Notes under the pieces: generated by a model | The model's input: the letters and a program-made list of their open reading frames with translations, nothing else | Databases searched by the model: none | Told to the model about the DNA's origin: nothing | Origin: Carcharhinus longimanus | Taxonomy: Eukaryota | DNA length: 64,000 nucleotides | Direction of reading: 5' to 3' | Assembly: GCA_030264375.1 (NCBI GenBank) | Contig: JASCQW010000119.1 | Coordinates: forward strand, 9,636,800-9,700,799 | Program-made: the position numbers and the translations under genes | Shown here: one piece after another, positions 1 to 13,309 of the stretch | Position numbering within the stretch: position 1 is the stretch's first letter | Layout of the letters: the number at the start of each line of letters is the position of its first letter

Positions 1-78
1 CACCAGAGTAGTGTACAGTTGCAACATGACGCTGCGACTCTTAAATTCAATCCCCCTACCAATAAACGCCAAGACACA
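1..78 (-). mobile_element. CR1 LINE RT-region fragment
   Basis: GTGTACAGTTGCAACATGAC...CTCTTAAATTCAATCCCCCTACCAATAAACGCCAA resembles the antisense CR1 RT segment also seen at ~19015-19080. Confidence 0.6.
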
Positions 79-1704
79 TGGAGACACCTAAAATTAACAC
101 AGTTAAGAAAGCATCCCTGGCCCCTCAAAACTCTTGCGATCAATAACACACCTATGGTTCAATCCCCAGAGATTCCAGACCATTGATAACCAACCAGACA
201 AAAAGGTTTAACACATACTTAAAACAATTGCTCCAACCCTCGAAAACATCGAAACAGGATGGCTGAAGTCAAATACTGTAAATAAAGGATTAGCATTTGA
301 AACGCAGAGTTCAGGTATAACTATAGCCCATTGTAGGGGTGTCTTTAGAGCACTTTCGGGACAGTCCGATTGTATGTCCTGACTGTGTTTCTCCTCGACG
401 TAAAAAGAAAATAAAGCTGTGCCGTTATTGAACTTCACCCTGAGTCCATAGTGGTCGTTTCGCCCAGTGGCGCTCACAGTCTATTCCTGATCCTAGTCCT
501 TATGTTCTTCTTCACTCGACTGCTCACTCAATTCAGATCCATCAAGTGACTGTACATTCATTGTTATGCCAAAATCATAGGCATCCTTTCACTCAAAATG
601 ACCAGTCCTACATTGCCATGTCAATCCCCCATAATTATTACTCATGCAGTAAGTGATGCAGGCTCTTCATCGGCCATGCAACTCCACAGTTCTCACATAA
701 CCAATCAATGACCCATGGCTGTCAAATGCTTCTTCAGTGAATGACGTCATGGTTTAGACACCTCGGCCCTGAATCACAGACCAACTGGAAATTTGAATTA
801 TTTTGGCACATAATGAGAGTCTGATCAGTCGCTTAACAACGCCTTCTTTGGAAAATCGTTCAGACATATAAAGCGAATCATCATATGCTCTGAAATAGCA
901 TAACAACGTTCCTAATTTTAAAAATAAGCAGGTTGTGTGGTAATTGTGTAATCTATTCCATCCGAACGTACAGAACATCTGGTACAAAACATCAGTGTTT
1001 TATCTCCAAACGCAATATATGCCTGGAAATATTGATGCAAAAAAAAATGATAATTGCGACTGCATCTAAGAAAAGAAAAATCCAGGGTGCAATTGAACGG
1101 CAGTTTGGCAAGTGCATTTTTGCAGAGATCGGCAGGTAACTACGTTTTGCGTCAATGGTTTTCCTTCCCACCTTGACAAATTCTGACTCGATTTTTTTTT
1201 CAAATGTGGTGTTTACATTTCGTATTCGTGAGGAGATTGCACGCAGGAAGAATAATCAGGATTTTCCTGTGCGACGCTACCATAGTGGTGGCAATAGAGC
1301 AGGACGCCCTGTGGTATCGAAATCAGTTTCCTTTGTTTCTGTCCATTTTTTCAATGTCAAGTCACGTTCCACTCGTTGGAGAGAAAAAAATGTCATAGCG
1401 TGCAATTTCTTTTCTAATGCGTTGCCAATTTCTTGCCATGGACTATCATTTTTTTTAAAGTTTTTATAGTTGTCAAACAATGGGAAATAAAACAACATTC
1501 CACATTGAAGAGCATATTCGTAAAGCATTTCGAAAACATGCGCTCCATACCAGGCTGATAGGTCAAGAAACCTTGCGGTCTCTCCAACGTAGAAGAAAAA
1601 AAATGTCATTTCTTCAAATGTATCTGCACTGATTCTCCATTGATACTCGATGAATATATCCGTGGCTAATCAACGGAACCTACACATCCTTGGATACTGC
1701 AGGA

Positions 1705-1885
1705 AGAGTTGGCATGGCTAAAACGCCTCATATGCAGATCTTTGAACTGTGGGTGGAAACAAGAATGCTTGGAAGAAATCCAGATATTGCAAGATCATGC
1801 AAATTTCATGGACGCAGTCACCCAAGTTTAGAATCGAACCTCTGTCCCTCGGCAATGCCACACATCAGTGTTATTTGCTCTGCAG
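1705..1885 (-). mobile_element. HE1-like V-SINE, decayed
   Basis: Antisense V-domain (GCAGATCTTTGAACTGTGGGTGGAAAC) and antisense tRNA B-box (GAATCGAACC). Confidence 0.7.
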
Positions 1886-2899
1886 CAGCGATGGTTTTAA
1901 TAATTCTAACATTCATACAGCATTTAGGGAGCTGACGGAATTATACATTTAACGTGTCACCTCTCCACAAATTTGCCCCAAGTTCCGATATTTAATTCCA
2001 GCCAATTCATCTTTTCTCCCACATGAATTTCTTGATTCCAATGCCATAAAACACAGCTCCTGATTGTGCACCTGAGATCGTCCGGGTTCGTTTTGCTGAG
2101 GTACAAATGCGCATGTCACAACTGTGCATTGTGCCATTTGAATGAGACAATGCACCCCTCTGTTCTGTAATCTAAACACGGTTGAGCACGTTTCCTTTTG
2201 TCTACTCTATGGAGAGCTTGGTATTTTCTATCCCACTATCGTATGCCATGTTCCGCCTATATACACAACAAAATTCACCTGACTTCTCCAAGCTCCTGAT
2301 GCAAATATCTGTTCTCATTGCAAGTACAATTCTCGTGAATCTTCATTTTGTGCAACATTTTCTGTCAGCTTTCTTATGCATGAATCAGAGCGAAGCACTA
2401 ACACCAGATCATATGTAAATCATGCACGCACCTTCCTCCAGTCTATGTTAATTCAAGTAGCCACAACTGTATTATTTTTCGTATCTGTTAATCTCCTCTG
2501 GTATATGAACTGCCCCATCGCACGTGCACTTTCTGTCAGTAAATCGGATGCTCTTTTCAAAACTAAGAATATTGCAACAACAAAATTGCACCCATTTGTA
2601 ACCTAGTTGAACTATCCAGGCTTTTATAAAGCTGATTTCTTCGAAATCCATGATGTTTTTTTCTTAGTTTACCTGTTTGCACCCTATGACACATCCACTT
2701 GTGTCATGAAACCTTGTTTCACCAAGCCAAGAGGCGGAATAGAAATAATTCTTATACCCTTGACCTCATAGATTCCTCAATGTTTTATATAATTATGTAA
2801 ACATAACGATGGATGAGTCATCTTAAGAAATTTAAATCGAGTCCCACGCTCGATGTGATCCAATGGCACTTCCCATTTAAGCATTGGGTTTATCACATC

Positions 2900-3290
2900 C
2901 GGCCCCACTATTAACCAAAGTAAAGGGAGGTTATTGAATACCTTGTCCCATTATATTGAATTGTTGAACAACTTGCCTTACTTCGTGATGTTACTACGAG
3001 TGGTGTGCACTTATGGCACACAAATTCCCACTGCACTCGAAATGACTCACCTTTACGTGCCGGCAATTCTATTCCATCCGAACTTTCACCACGAGGTATA
3101 GCGTGAGTACTCGACTCATATATTCCAAATCAGCGCAATCACGGACATGTAAGTCATAATCATAGGAATTCAAATATATTTTATGTTCCAACCAAGTTTC
3201 AACATAATCGACAAGAGGACAGTAAGGGCTGAATTTAAATACTATTTTGGGACGTTGCGATCCCGTCTGCCCTGGCATGAATACTTGGGA
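2900..3290 (-). pseudogene. Possible very old CR1 APE-endonuclease fragment
   Basis: ORF 3069-3278 contains VETWL...Y.L..RD, resembling the ITETWL...GY..FRKDR motif of LINE endonucleases; heavily decayed. Confidence 0.3.
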
Positions 3291-5049
3291 TCAGTGTATG
3301 TCCCAAGCAAAAGCGGTGAGTCTGGAAATATATCTGGTTTGGGATTAAAGGTGAAGTTGCTATCTATTTCCATTCTTAACGGGGTGTAGAGGAGTCGATC
3401 TGTCCTCGGGTAGCTCTGGTCATGCGTGGCCGGTACGTTTTTTTTTAGGTGAGGCTGCGAAGGGAATTTAAGTGACTGCCATTGGACCAAGGATATCCAA
3501 ACGTCAGGCAGAGTGGACTGACCTATGTGTTCATTGAAATACTGCTATAAGATCGTACTTTATTTCGGAATTGTGTTTTGAATGTGAAGCGTTGCCCAGT
3601 ATTTTGCAGAAGGTTGGACATTTCACGTTAAAGGATCTCTAGAATGATGTCATGNNNNNNNNNNNNNNNNNGGAGTTTTACCAAATGCAACACGTCAGTG
3701 GCTCAGAAGCTAGACGTGGTTTTGAATCTTGTCAAGTGTTATGCACAACTATTGTTGTTATACAAATGGAAACATCTGAACCGTCCAATAGATGGCAATT
3801 AAAATCTTAATTTTGTACTTTGGACAGTGAAATTATTTTTTATTTCAAAACAGGTGTAACTTCATATGATACAAACTCATTTTCCTGAGGCGAATCGTCT
3901 CCAATATTCACCTGAAATCTTCTGCAGTCTGTGGGGGTGATTTTTTTTTTCTGAATCTGCCTGTGGGTTGACGACTGTCCCGATCACAATTCTCGGGGAG
4001 TCAAGCGACGCTCAGTGCTTGGCCAGGTATATGTTGCACTCTTATATTTCACCATGGACTAAAATCTGCATAAATGGTAACGCCAGTTCGCAAGTATATG
4101 AATCGTGCCCAGTTTTGACATTGATATCCATTCACTGCCATTGACTGCTTCTGGGGAATTTTAACGTTTGCTTCCATGTCAATTTCACATTTCTCTAAAA
4201 TACTTGATGCTCACTTGTGGGCTATCTTAACACAATATTAATTGTGTTGCTTGCTTATTTAAATGAACTCCAGATTGCTTAATTATTATGAGACATGCGA
4301 TTTTATCATTTGGCTCAACCTGTTAAACTGTTCGTTGTTTTTGTATTTTAGTTCATTCTACTTTTAAAATTTTCTGGAAATGGAGCTACACTGTGACATA
4401 ACTATATTCATTTTGACGACATTTCATTTTTTTTGATATTTCGTGTTCCCTGGCAAATTTGGATGCAGATACGAGGTACAAATCGCATTTAACTATAACT
4501 GATGACTTCCCACACCCCATAGTCAATAATCCAGGACCATTATCCCCAGTGTTTACTCTCGAATGACATTTGTAGTTTCTCAGAACAAACCTGGTCTTTT
4601 TCATATTCCAGAATTGATCCATAAGAAATATCTAACGATTGGCTGCGGTACATCTGCATTTTAGGAGGATCGCAACTTTTTTTTTTAGCAAATGCTGATA
4701 CATAAAAAAAGGATCAAACCTACAGGCTGCCTATCCTTCACTCCGGACGCATCCCAATGCATCTCACACTAATGTTTTCTTCAGCTTCTCAATGAGATTG
4801 TTATCTGTGGTAGCTTAGAAGCAACACATCGATCTGGAATTAGAAACAAAGGAACAATTCATTTACCAATTTAAACTACCAGAAACACTGTATTTCCAGT
4901 ACTTTCTGAACAACCCAGGAGCAGACCCGCGTCACCCTCACCTTCAACCCCTACCCTCGCCACTAATCTTAACTGTATCGCCGAATCTAAGTTGTGCAAG
5001 GGAATTTGCTTTGACTGCATTCACGAGGAAGAAACATTGCTGGCACCTC

Positions 5050-5056
5050 TGCGCGC

Positions 5057-5087
<31 letters not shown>

Positions 5088-5100
5088 TACGTGTGTGTGT
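5050..5100. repeat. (GC)n-(GT)n compound microsatellite
   Basis: About 10 GC units followed directly by a GT array; continuous purine-pyrimidine alternation. Confidence 0.95.
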
Positions 5101-6043
5101 CTTTGGAGAGAGAACAAGGCCCTGATGTAATTAAGCCCTCAATCACCTATTGTCTCTATATCACAAATATAAGCATGGTGCTAATTCTCTAAACGAATTT
5201 GCTGATGAGTGTCTACATGTCTCAACCGAGGAGTTCGATCTGTTAGAGTCTAACGTGTGAGTGTCTTTGAATCGGTGATCCCCTGCACCCTAAGTCATTC
5301 AATATGTTGGAACATTACATCCCGGAATGAGAAACTCGTATTTGTCTCAACCTTCGAAAACCAGTGCAACGTTTTTTTGTTTCCCAAGCTATGCACAAAC
5401 AAGCACATAGGCGTACACACGTCTATTTGCTTTGGCACTACAGAGAAACACTGTTTTATAATCTCCATAATCAAGCCCATTTGTCTTCTGAAAGATTAGT
5501 TCTGATGTGGTCGCTATTAATATTAAACATCACCAATGCATCACTGCATCCAGTAATACATTACGCTTCGGCTAGAATAAGGAATTTTGTAGCCAGTGCA
5601 ATTAATCTTTCCCTTAACAATCACTGGTCTTCGCAAATGATACGAGTTCTTTATTTCTCCTCTGAAGGGAAACATGGACAATAAATGAGTCACATTTGGT
5701 TTGTGACGAAATAGTGAAAAAAATAATCATTCCAGAAATAACAAAAGGTATTGAATTACCTTTATTGCGTCCCTTTTCTTTCATTCTGTCAATTCCTGAG
5801 AAACAAAAGCCAAAAGGGACAGTTGAATTCACAATTATCAATTGTGGAAATTTTGAGGGCTCCAAATAAGCACTGTTTGTCCGTTAGTTGCTGAATGACA
5901 TTACGATGTGTGCCCTATTAACACAGTGATTGCCATTAAGCATAACTCTGTATAAACCATTGAAGAACGACGTGAAACTTTGATACTATTGGTACCCTGC
6001 CTTGTGTAACATTTTCTCTAATATGAGAATATGGTTTGAGTGA

Positions 6044-6345
6044 GCGACACGATGGTAACATGTTTCACACTGCAGCTTCACAGCGCCAAGGACCCGTGAA
6101 CAATTTCAACCTTTGTTGACTGCCAGTGTGGGGTATGCACGTTCTTGCTCTGGATGCGTGGGTTGGATTTGGGTGCGCCACTGTTCTCTGACGGTCCATA
6201 GTTTTGCATGATGGACCATGGTAAATTATGACCTAGTCCCCCAAGATAAGTAGCTGATAGGAGTGATAGGGATGTGCGTCCACGGATTCTTCTGTTGGAA
6301 AATCGGTGCAGACTGGAATGGTTCCCTTCCGGAGTGTGTTGATTC
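6044..6345 (+). mobile_element. HE1-like V-SINE, near full length, diverged
   Basis: tRNA-like head (CACTGCAGCTTCACAGCGCCAAGGACCCG), V-domain (GTGTGGGGTATGCACGTTCT...TGCGTGGGTT) and CR1-like tail (TCGGTGCAGACT...AATGG). Confidence 0.8.
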
Positions 6346-8004
6346 TACGAAGTCAACGTGTTTTGAGTAAAATAATTCGTTGGGAGTTAAAGCATCGGGA
6401 GAATATATTAAGATGCACAAATATATATTTGTTTTTTATATGTGGGATGAGACGGGACTGGAAGCCGGTGGTAAAACAGGGGATGTGGTCCGGTGCAGCA
6501 GTTGAACATAGGGAGCTACAAATTTAAACAGAACATGATCGAAAACTGAAAATAAATTCATTTTTGATAAGCAGCGGAATGAAATCCGAGGCTCCAATCG
6601 TATGGACGACTCCAATATATACGATTAAAACTAAACAGGTCGCTGAAAAAAAATGAACAATCATGAATGTCGAGTAAAATACATTTTCTATAGGCTGACA
6701 CGTGTTATCATCGATCACATGATGCGTGAGTGGGCATATTGTCGTTGAATGCCATGTTATCGTTCCCACTCGTATTATGATCAACTGGAAGACAGAACAG
6801 GGGGAAGGGGTGCGTGGGTGGAATCAGATGGTCTATCTCCTGTGTATGCACGTTTGACAAATGTGGAGCCTTCATGCTCTTTTTTTTTTAATTTCACGAT
6901 AAATCTCCACAGGATTACAGTGGAATCTTGAAAGAAATACATGGAATAATGTTGTTTGCGTGAATATGTCTCGTCAATGGGCAGCATTGCATGTGCATAT
7001 GATGTGATCATAACGAGCATTCTCGCATAATCCTTGCTCCGCTGGCATTTTGGAAAATTTGTCTGCTGCATTATTAGATTCCCAATTCAATCCGCTTTTA
7101 AAACAACAGCTGGTTAATTCAAACGCTGAACTCAAAGCAGTTGACTCCAGCCCGTCTCAAGTAAAATACTTCTGAAACCTGCGATTCTGCAATACTGGAT
7201 GCAAAGTGGATAATGGTTGTCCATTCCAGGCATCTCTCTGCAAGTTATGCAAGTCAACTGGTGTTACGCAACATCTGTTTTAATCTAGCAGAATGCGTAT
7301 AAATTTCTGATGAGACATACCCTTTCGAATGAAAAAAAAAATCATCAACAGATACTCAAACTGCATTCCTGAAGTCAAAACACATTACCACAGCATTGTT
7401 CAGATTGAACGATCAGCAAATAGCCCCACAAAAATAGGAAAAACTTTTGCCAAACTATCAATGAAACCTAATTCAATTACGAATCTCGGCCCTCGTTGAA
7501 TGAAAGTACCTTCGACCTAAATAAAAAGTAATTATGTCATTTTGAAGCGGACTGCACCTTCGATAATCCAGCATTTCATCGCGCAATGGTGCACTATATC
7601 CAACCTGATACACATTTTTTCTTACCTGAAGGAGTGCGAGGTGCTTTTGGTCCTGCTAGAAACATTGCAAACATTGATAAATACAGGAGCTAACATAGGC
7701 ACATGAAGAGACCATGATAACTGTGAAATAGTTTTATTCTCTGATGCATCGAACATTGTAAGTGCCTAGACGGCTGAAATATATCACTGACAGGAACGAC
7801 GAAAAATAGTAATTTCTTCGGATATTGTAGTTGTTGCAGAGTGACGCAAACTAATCTGAGAACTCAGCAATTTATGAATGAATGTGGGATTTACCATCCA
7901 AATAGAAGAAAAATGGAAATTACACACTAAAAGAAAACAAAACCTGTTTTACTGTATTTTTCTTGATTTTTTTTTTGTAAAACTTCAACGAACAAGCAAA
8001 CAGT

Positions 8005-8656
8005 TGAAGTAGGGAAAAGGATATATGCATTTTGTACCTGAAAGGAAAGGGGTAATGGATTTTATACCTAGAATATGTCACAAACATAACCCGTCATCAT
8101 TACTGATCTCCTTGAGCTTATATTGTTCCTGGCATTTATATAAGTTATTTGTTCATGTCTTGCATGCTTTAACTTTCATTTGTATAATGACACATAGTTT
8201 AACGTGGCTCTTATGCTGTTGACTTTGTAAATCTTACCTATTTGTGTTAGTTAGACATTGTTACACAGATGGTAATATACGATACCGGCTTTTAACAGCT
8301 GCTGATGGCAGATCACGATATAGGCTTTTAACAGGAAGAGTCCTGCTGGGGCTGCCACGATCGCATAAGTAATTTCAAAGAAGGGATCCTGGGACTGATG
8401 CAGAAGGGGTCTCCTGTGTCCTGATTAACTCTGGGGCTGCATCACGACCCAGGAAGGAAGAACTGGAGGTCTGGCAGGAATTGGAACTTTGAGTCGTGAT
8501 TCCTGCTGAAGCTCATAATGTATAAATTTCCACTTCTGTTTGTGTTCTATGAGAGGTCTGGTAAACCTTAATCGGAGCCAATTTCTCCCCAGAGCATTGG
8601 AATAAAAAAAACACTGTATTTTGACTTACAGTCTTCAAGTTATTATTTTACCTACA
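8005..8656 (+). mobile_element. Solo-LTR-like interspersed repeat, copy A
   Basis: Colinear by eye with the reverse complement of ~41698-42415 (e.g. CCTAGAATATGTCACAAAC, ACAGCTGCTGATGGCA, GGAAGAGTCCTGCTGG, CTCATAATGTATAAAT); TG...CA ends, TATAAA at ~8521, AATAAA at ~8601. No clear TSD. Confidence 0.7.
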
Positions 8657-9984
8657 TCACTATTATCCATTCTTGAGGATTTTTTTTTCATTATGGTTTG
8701 AGAGAATACATATATTCTAATTTAATTACACTAGTTTGGACATTGTGTGCATCATCACTGATATCGTTCCACAAAGGTTATCTTTCTCATGGAACAACCT
8801 GTCATATTTAGAACAATTTGCTTGGAATTTCAGTTCCCTCACCAGTTGATATCAAGCACTTATGCACCCTTTAGACATAGTACATGTTTTGACTTCTTTG
8901 AGCTCGATGAAATTTTAGTAAGAAATAACCTTGGTGCTGAAAATCATACTAGTGGAATAGTTTGGTGTTGAATGCACACGAGCTTTCCTTGTTCACGCAT
9001 TTCAATCATTTTAATACTACTTTTTTTTGCAGAAACTCTTTTTTTTCAGGATGATACACATGGACAGCTTTAATCTTTTGTGTTACTCATATCAAGCTTG
9101 TGTATGTTTGCCCTGAACTCTACCGGTCATTATACAGACAAGGCCATATATTCACATCATGTAGAACGTTCCGTTTCACGTTTAACTGATTCAAATTCTC
9201 TTGACATGATGAAAATTATTATGTGCATGATTATATGATTACACCGCTACAAAAAATGTATATTTATGTTTGAAAATGAGGATGAAGTAAGGGCATACAA
9301 ATAAATATCAAGTGGCAAAATTGTTATCTTGCTTCAACAAAATACATGTTGAGGGGGTACAACGTGCTGCGGTGAGAAAAATACGTTCGAGCAAAATAAA
9401 TATTGGGTACAACTCCTCCAAAAAACACCATTAATACGAGACATATGAATGTGTTTTTTTTTCAGAATAGATGGAATAATTGAATTAAATATTTATATAT
9501 AGATTGGTGCTTAGAGCTGCTGAGCGTAAATATCTTTGAAAAGAGAGGGGTTTTTTTTTTCGGAAAATCAAACGTTCGATTTGAGAACATGTTTAACAGT
9601 ATTTCTGCATTTTTTAAATTCTCCGTCCTGTTTTCTCTTCTCAATTTCAGGAATGAAAACGTATGGCTTAAACAGTATTAAGTGTGCATATGAACATGTT
9701 GCTGCATTTGCACTAAAATTTGTCCCATGATTTGCCTTGTCTCAGAATTGCAGTAATACGGTTTTCTTAAGCACACGCGGAAATGCCTGAATAATGAAAC
9801 TAAAACTATGATTTCACTTATTTTGGAGAACTAAAATGATTGATTTATACCCGTGTTTGCACAAACAGTTATGGGTTTTATCAATAGTTATTCACAGCTC
9901 TTGATACACGTTTAAACAATACGAGAAGATAACAACAAATGCTACTATGTCGCGGGCTACTTTGCAGTTGGCACAGTGCCACGT

Positions 9985-10150
9985 TTATTGGCACAACTGC
10001 CTCTGTGTATTAGGGATCACTTTGATTCGAGCCTTGTTTGGTGTTTGTATGTTCATGCCATGTGTACGTGTATTGCCTTGGGGTGTTCTGGTCCTCCCGG
10101 ACAGTGCAAAGATGTGCAGGCTGGGTGGATTGGTAGGGGTTAATTGCTAA
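9985..10150 (+). mobile_element. V-SINE fragment
   Basis: GGTGTTCTGGTCCTCCCGGACAGTGCAAAGATGTGCAGGCTGGGTGGATTGG matches the V-domain core. Confidence 0.7.
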
Positions 10151-11261
10151 TTAGACTCCAACGATGACAGAATTTCCTGGATTCCCCATACTGATTTGTG
10201 GGCTAATATTGATAAGGCGGCAGGGTGCTTTGGATGATATCCTGTTTCGAAAAGTTGACTCTGATTTGATCTTCGAATTATGGCTGCATTGATGATGTAC
10301 GGAACGCATTGCGATGCATCACTGTTGAAGCAAGATAACTGTTGGAGGGGAGAATTGTTGAGCTGGAGACGGTTGAAGTCATTGCGGCTTAACATGTAAT
10401 TGGGAACATAGACATTCGTTAGCAAATTACCTATTTAGTCGCAGGTAATGATCTTACACGGGTCTTAAAAGCAATATTCCGAAACAGAGCAGTCTTCATA
10501 TCAAAAATAAAGGGCAAGGTGCAGTGTAGGAAACGATGTAATCAAAACAAAACTACTGGCCAAGTTTTGAACCGGAACATTATGGTATAGAGATGTATTG
10601 GCACCAGACGTCCATTGTTTCCTTCAAAGTCACAGCATACACTGATTTTAATCTGCCTCAGGATGTTTTCTTTATTCCAACACTTCTGGTCCATAGAATT
10701 TCAACATGCTGTCTACCGAGGAATTAGCCAGGAAAAATAATTTTGGCTGTCTCTAAATTTATCATAACATTGCCATGACAAGATGATCAAAATGTATTCA
10801 ATGGTCCAGTTGATGCCTGAGCCACAAAGTGTACGATTGCAACAAAACCTCCATATACCTAAATTCATCAGTAATTAATGCAAAAATGACTTCTGTCTTT
10901 TAAAGTAATTGTTGGGCCTGTTAGGTAGGCCTTGCTGATGAATGCACTGTTACGTTGAGATAAATCCGCACTTAATTCAGCTCAATCTCCACATTTCGAT
11001 ATTGATATCTCCAAGCAAAGTGCAAAATGTCACACTTATTCACATTTCTCTTCAATTACCTTGTTGTCGCTCAGAAAACAATCCATTTATATCCTGTTTT
11101 AGAACCACAATATCATCAAGAAAGCATATCCTTCCACTTACCTTATTACCATCAGCATGTGAGGGTGGATAGAATATTGGTCTCGGTTGGCAGTTAAATG
11201 CATGTTCATGAGTAATTTCGAGGACTTTAACAGTTTCAGGGCCGGGGGGTGGGGGGGAGGG

Positions 11262-11590
11262 CATAAGAACANNNNNNNNNNNNNNNNNNNNNNNNNNNNN
11301 NNNNNNNNNNNNNNNNNNNNNNNNNNNNNNNNNNNNNNNNNNNNNNNNNNNNNNNNNNNNNNNNNNNNNNNAACAGGTCCCACCCACCCCAAGACTGGTG
11401 CCAATGTCCCATAAATTCAAATCCATTCCTCCTACACCAATCCCTGAGCCACCCACTCACTTTCTTAATCTTATCAACCCTACGCCCGTCTGCACAAGGT
11501 TCAGGCAGTAGTCCAGAGGTAAACACCTTGTCAGTTCTACTTTTTAATTCCATTCCCAGCTTTTCACACTCCCTCCCCAGATCCTCAGTT
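11262..11590 (-). mobile_element. Young CR1 LINE spanning an assembly gap (3' tail left, ORF1 esterase region right)
   Basis: CATAAGAACA tail start before the gap; after the gap the ORF reads LKSRTDKVFTSGLLPEP...WLRDWCRRNGFEFMGHW, typical of the CR1 ORF1 SGNH-esterase domain. Joining the two sides is inference. Confidence 0.8.
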
Positions 11591-12699
11591 CGCTGGCGCT
11601 AATCTCATTTACTGCAACCTCGCGAAGAGATGAGGTCTACGTGTATGACAGCTTTTCTAAACATACATTGAGAGAAGGAGGAGAATCGTTAACCAGCATC
11701 TAAATGTGATTTACTCCGATCTACTGCTGGCATTTTTTTTCCCTCACAATTCTGTTAGAAGTATCAAATCGCATGCGTTTACTTTCGATTCAATTTACAT
11801 TTTCAATCGTTTCCCTTGCAAAACAATTCAGATCATTCCTGCAAAATAACGTTCAATCTTTATTTCGGATCTACTGAGGGGTGCGAAACAGAATGAAATG
11901 GTTCTGCAGTGCGAAATTATCTTGGTAATGATTGATTTAGTGTTGAGATATTGAATTCAATCCTGGCAAGACACAGGGAAATTGACGAAGTTAACGGAAA
12001 TCCATTCATGAAGGTGTCTTTCAGCTCCACTTCTAGGAAGGGTAGTGTTAGAGAAAATCCATATAAATTTCGTACGGCACATCGAAAGAAAAATAGTTAA
12101 TGGTGAAAAGAAAAGGTGGCGCGACGGCTGATGCCATATGAGTAAGAAATTAATACAACAGCCACGCCTAATAAACGACTTTAGGATGTGAATGCAAAGA
12201 AAACAAAAGTAGAATGACACACAACGTAAATGGGAATTCAAAAGCTTTCAATAGTTACGTCGGTAACAATCTCTCGGTGACTCCCTCGCTGCAGGACACT
12301 GAAACATTGGTGTAATGCAATCATTCTGGTCCCAATACATCAACAACATGTTGCCGCAAAGTTCAACTTTATTTTGTGCTATTTCTGTTTACTGAGAAGA
12401 TTTCAAAAATACATATCTCTCGAAATGATTTTTGTTTAAAAAATTGTCTAATTTCTTCGATTTTGTTGCAGTAAGAAATGCCTCGAAGAAAGCATCAAAA
12501 GTAACTAATTCTAATGAATTGTGCCTACCATAACAAAAAGAGTCTGCGACTGAATTTACTGAATATGGCTAAAAAAAAACTACAGGCTTCGCAAGGAATG
12601 AGTGTGATTGTTGGATGGGATGGAATCTTCGGGATATCCATGCCATTATTTTCAACTGGAATCGCAAACAGTCAGGCGAAGTAACGTAGGTACCAGAAG

Positions 12700-13000
12700 C
12701 GTTCGATATTGAGGTGGTGGAGGCACTTAATAGTAGTCGTATCCTTCATTTCAAGCAGGCAGCATAATGGAATATGATACATGCAAGCGCCGAAACCGAT
12801 TATTGACTAGAAATGGTGGGGCAACGGATGTAATTCTGAAGTCTGCCATGAATCTGATTAGTTCAAGGTGGCTGAGGAATGGCGAAGTTTGCACGATTAA
12901 AAGACGTCTTAATATATAATGCCGAAATTGCCGCACTACAGATTATTAAGTTAAGATGTGTACCTTGCAATAAATCCTTATATATATGAAACGTGCCGAC
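12700..13000 (-). mobile_element. Possible old L2-type LINE fragment
   Basis: Antisense AAGACGTCTTTTAATCGTGCAAACTTCGCCATTCCTCAGCC loosely resembles the L2 post-RT region. Confidence 0.3.
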
Positions 13001-13309
13001 TGACAGAAAATATACCTGAAATTTGCATTCATGGTTAATACGTTTATTGAAAATGTTGGAGGAAAGTCGATGGTCCATTAACAAAACATGTTTTTCTCTC
13101 TCTCATTAATGCATAAGTATTGGGAAATTTGTGGAAAGGAAACATTCATAATGAGGAGACGATTGCTGAGAGATATCATTTGTACGGAGAGATTGAAGAC
13201 CTTAGAAGTAGGTATTGTTCTTTGGGAAAAAAAACTGAAAATGCTGAAGTGACGCAACAAAGCAGATGCAGAGAACGATGTTACCATTTTCATTCTAAGC
13301 GCTGAATCT

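Noticed and set aside
1085-2593. 10-bp inverted pair GGGTGCAATT / AATTGCACCC as transposon TIRs
   Set aside because: Too short, no TSD, and interior not demonstrably one element.
3855-4030. Acceptor followed by GGTGTA, faintly like a V-exon start
   Set aside because: Multiple stops, no convincing WYRQ or YYC motif, no RSS.
5922-5958. RSS-like CACAGTG...GTATAAACC after a C-A-L-like codon run
   Set aside because: Spacer is 21 nt, the nonamer is poor and no V-domain frame lies upstream; other CACAGTG/CACTGTG heptamers lack nonamers.
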